37,659 nt of DNA from a virus. Each line of letters starts with the position of its first letter. Position 1 is the first letter of the stretch. The stretch covers positions 1-37,659 of the IMG/VR virus record IMGVR_UViG_3300035661_000168; one strand, given 5' to 3'. Below, one piece after another: positions 35,641 through 37,659 of this stretch. The notes below the pieces were generated by a model. It worked only from the letters and a program-made list of their open reading frames with translations, was not told the DNA's origin and made no database searches. Position numbers and translations under genes: made by a program.

Positions 35641-35981
35641 GTATTAAGTTTAATCCCTTCACGGGGAACTTTGACTTTGTCGGTGGATCGTCCACCACTG
35701 CTATAGATAATTTCAGCTACGAAACAATACCAGACGGCATAACCGTTACGATCCCAGATGGCCAGCAGATGCTCCTGAAAGGAAACCTAAACATCTTAGG
35801 CGACCTTATTATACAGGGGACGCTGCAGTTCATAACCGATACACAGAATCAGTTTCCATTTTATTCAAAAATACTTTCTAATGAGGTGGTCGTAGTACCA
35901 CCGGATAGGCTCTTGCTTTATAAGGACTTCCTTATAATCGAGGGGCACTTAAGAAACCAAGGAAGGGTCGAAACCGTATGA
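35637..35981 (+). CDS. Small fibre-associated protein
   Basis: TTG start in a TTGA overlap. The N-terminus MSIKFNPFTGNFDFVGG resembles N-termini I recall from phage fibre or collar proteins. ATGA overlap with the fibre gene. Confidence 0.5.
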   Translation: MSIKFNPFTGNFDFVGGSSTTAIDNFSYETIPDGITVTIPDGQQMLLKGNLNILGDLIIQGTLQFITDTQNQFPFYSKILSNEVVVVPPDRLLLYKDFLIIEGHLRNQGRVETV

Positions 35982-37237
35982 GTTCATTTGGATTAGTTAA
36001 AGTTACCCCCGCAAGCGTTCCAACACCACCGGTAGGACAAGAGAATTACTTCACAGACATCACGGACGATAAGTTTAAAAAGAAACTAGACGATGGATCA
36101 ATCGTTGTGGTCGAGTCCGGCGTTTCTTCCGTCTCTAGTGTGTTTGGAAGAATCGGCGCAGTCGTAGCCGTAAGCGGTGACTACATCGCGGCTCAAGTAA
36201 CGAACACCCCGGCCGGAAACATTATCGCTACAAATGTTCAAAACGCTATCAATGAGCTGGACACAGAGAAGCTCACCGTAGCCCATCAAGGTGCCGGCGG
36301 TCCAGGTGAGCACCCACTCGTGACCGGGGCCGTAGCTGGCTTTATGTCGCCTAGCGACAAGACTAAGATCGACACCGTTCAAACCGGAGCAACTGCGAAT
36401 CAAACAGATTCCTACCTTCTAGATAGAACTAACCATACATCGACACAATTAGCCTCAACGATTAGCAATTTTGATGCGCAGGCAGACTCAAGGATTACTT
36501 TACAAAAAGGTAATACGAACGGTCTTGCATCGCTAGATGGAACTGGAAAAGTTCCTCTAACGCAGCTTCCATCTAGTGTCGTAGGGGGCGTTACTTATAT
36601 TTCAGCTTGGAATGCTGCAATAAATTCTCCTCCTCTTGCGAGTGGAGTTGGAACAAAAGGATATTATTATGTTGTTAATGTTGCTGGATCAACAAGTCTC
36701 GACGGCATTTCTTCTTGGAATATTGGCGACTGGGTTATATTTGATGGAATCGTTTGGGAAAAAGTAGATAATACTGATTCCGTAAGCTCGGTAAACGGAC
36801 AAGTCGGAACGGTCGTGCTTACAAAGTCTGACATTGGCTTATCAAATGTCGATAACACATCTGACTTAAATAAACCGATCAGCACAGCAACTCAAACGGC
36901 CTTAAACTTAAAAGCCGATCTGACAAATGCAATCAATCAACTGACCGGTGAAGTAACGGCCGGGCCCGGTGGTGGATCTCAGGCCGCAACGGTTTCAAAT
37001 GCCGCGGTGATTGGAAAGCTGTTAACGGGATTGTCTGAACAGTATGGCGTAGTCGAAGCGACTGACACGATACTGCAAGCCATTTCGAAATTAGTTTACA
37101 CGCCAGGCATTCAAGCTAAAGATGTAAATGCAAGCATGACCATCCCGTCGGGCTATGTTTTAATTCGTGGAGAAACAAGACTTACTGGAACCAACACGAT
37201 TAAAATAAACTCAGGCGCAACTTTAAAAATTATTTAA
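35978..37237 (+). CDS. Tail fibre protein 1
   Basis: 419 aa. Fibre-type motifs SSVSSVFGRIGAVVAVSGDYIAAQV and SVNGQVGTVVLTKSDIGLSNVDNTSDLNKPISTATQTALNLK. Confidence 0.8.
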   Translation: MSSFGLVKVTPASVPTPPVGQENYFTDITDDKFKKKLDDGSIVVVESGVSSVSSVFGRIGAVVAVSGDYIAAQVTNTPAGNIIATNVQNAINELDTEKLTVAHQGAGGPGEHPLVTGAVAGFMSPSDKTKIDTVQTGATANQTDSYLLDRTNHTSTQLASTISNFDAQADSRITLQKGNTNGLASLDGTGKVPLTQLPSSVVGGVTYISAWNAAINSPPLASGVGTKGYYYVVNVAGSTSLDGISSWNIGDWVIFDGIVWEKVDNTDSVSSVNGQVGTVVLTKSDIGLSNVDNTSDLNKPISTATQTALNLKADLTNAINQLTGEVTAGPGGGSQAATVSNAAVIGKLLTGLSEQYGVVEATDTILQAISKLVYTPGIQAKDVNASMTIPSGYVLIRGETRLTGTNTIKINSGATLKII

Positions 37238-37252
37238 TAAGGAGCAATTAGA

Positions 37253-37659
37253 ATGAGTCAACTAACGGTAACAACGCAGGCCTCGGTATCAACCCCAAGC
37301 ACGGGAGACTCAGTCATCTATGTTGACTCATCTGACAAGCTTTTAAAATCAAAGAATGATGCAGGCGTCGTAACAAACTACGGAGCCCCCGGGACTTCAA
37401 TCACCTCATTGACCGGTGAAGTAACCGCAACTGGACCAGGCGCTGCAGCCGCCACCGTTACAAACTCAGCCGTTGTTGCAAAAATATTGACCGGCCTTAC
37501 TTTCGGTCCAGGCACGATCCTAGCAACTGACTCGATTCTTCAGGCCTTTGGTAAATTATCAAACAAAGGAAACAGCTCAGTGTTTCCAACTGCCACAGAC
37601 GGTACCGTTACGATCGCGGCCGATACGCCATTATCAAGAGACATGTACTATGACGTACT
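37253..37659 (+). CDS. Tail fibre protein 2, 5' part. It runs off the window end and continues at base 3. The full gene is 37253..37532 plus 1..833, which is 1113 nt and 370 aa.
   Basis: AAGGAG Shine-Dalgarno. MSQLTVTTQASVSTPSTGDSVIYVDSSDKLLKSKNDAGV.... No stop before the window end. 37533 is codon position 2, so the frame joins base 3 and the ORF ending at 833. Confidence 0.85.
   Translation, partial: MSQLTVTTQASVSTPSTGDSVIYVDSSDKLLKSKNDAGVVTNYGAPGTSITSLTGEVTATGPGAAAATVTNSAVVAKILTGLTFGPGTILATDSILQAFGKLSNKGNSSVFPTATDGTVTIAADTPLSRDMYYDV
37533..37659. repeat. Second copy of the 127-bp terminal repeat (identical to 1-127)
   Basis: Direct comparison with the first 127 bases. Confidence 0.97.

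Overview
The window is a complete tailed dsDNA phage genome, siphovirus-like in layout. Bases 1-127 are identical to 37533-37659, so the unique sequence is 37532 bp and the contig is circularly closed or terminally redundant. One tail-fibre gene runs across that junction. Going round the circle on the + strand: two tail-fibre genes with accessory genes (35362..37659, continuing to 1691); small and large terminase; a MuF/SPP1-gp7-like head protein; portal; scaffold; a decoration-like protein; and the major capsid protein followed by a strong terminator. Next come the neck genes, major tail protein, G/GT chaperone pair with a canonical -1 slippery site, tape measure, a long distal-tail/fibre block (15888..24339), and a lysis cassette (M15 endolysin, holin, TM proteins). 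The early/replication region follows (25362..35197). It has two minus-strand islands (RecU-like resolvase; DnaB-like helicase plus DUF4373-like replication organiser) and + strand genes for a ParB-like domain protein, a Dam-like N6-adenine methyltransferase, ERF recombinase, HNH endonuclease, an XRE HTH protein and many small ORFs. I saw no integrase, tRNA, CRISPR array or reverse transcriptase. The host cannot be assigned from sequence alone. The most unusual items are: (1) a perfect (GGC-NAC)x41 array encoding a Gly-[Asp/Asn/Tyr] dipeptide-repeat protein; (2) a perfect 9-bp x13 in-frame array (Leu-Gln/Glu-Gln/Arg) inside the methyltransferase just upstream of its catalytic motif; (3) a diverged duplicated two-gene cassette flanking the 837-aa tail protein; (4) two adjacent fibres with shared proximal modules but different tips; (5) an out-of-frame signal-peptide/C-terminal-TMD ORF in the lysis cassette. 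Functional calls rest on motifs I recognised by eye, on gene order and on Shine-Dalgarno/start context. No database search was run.
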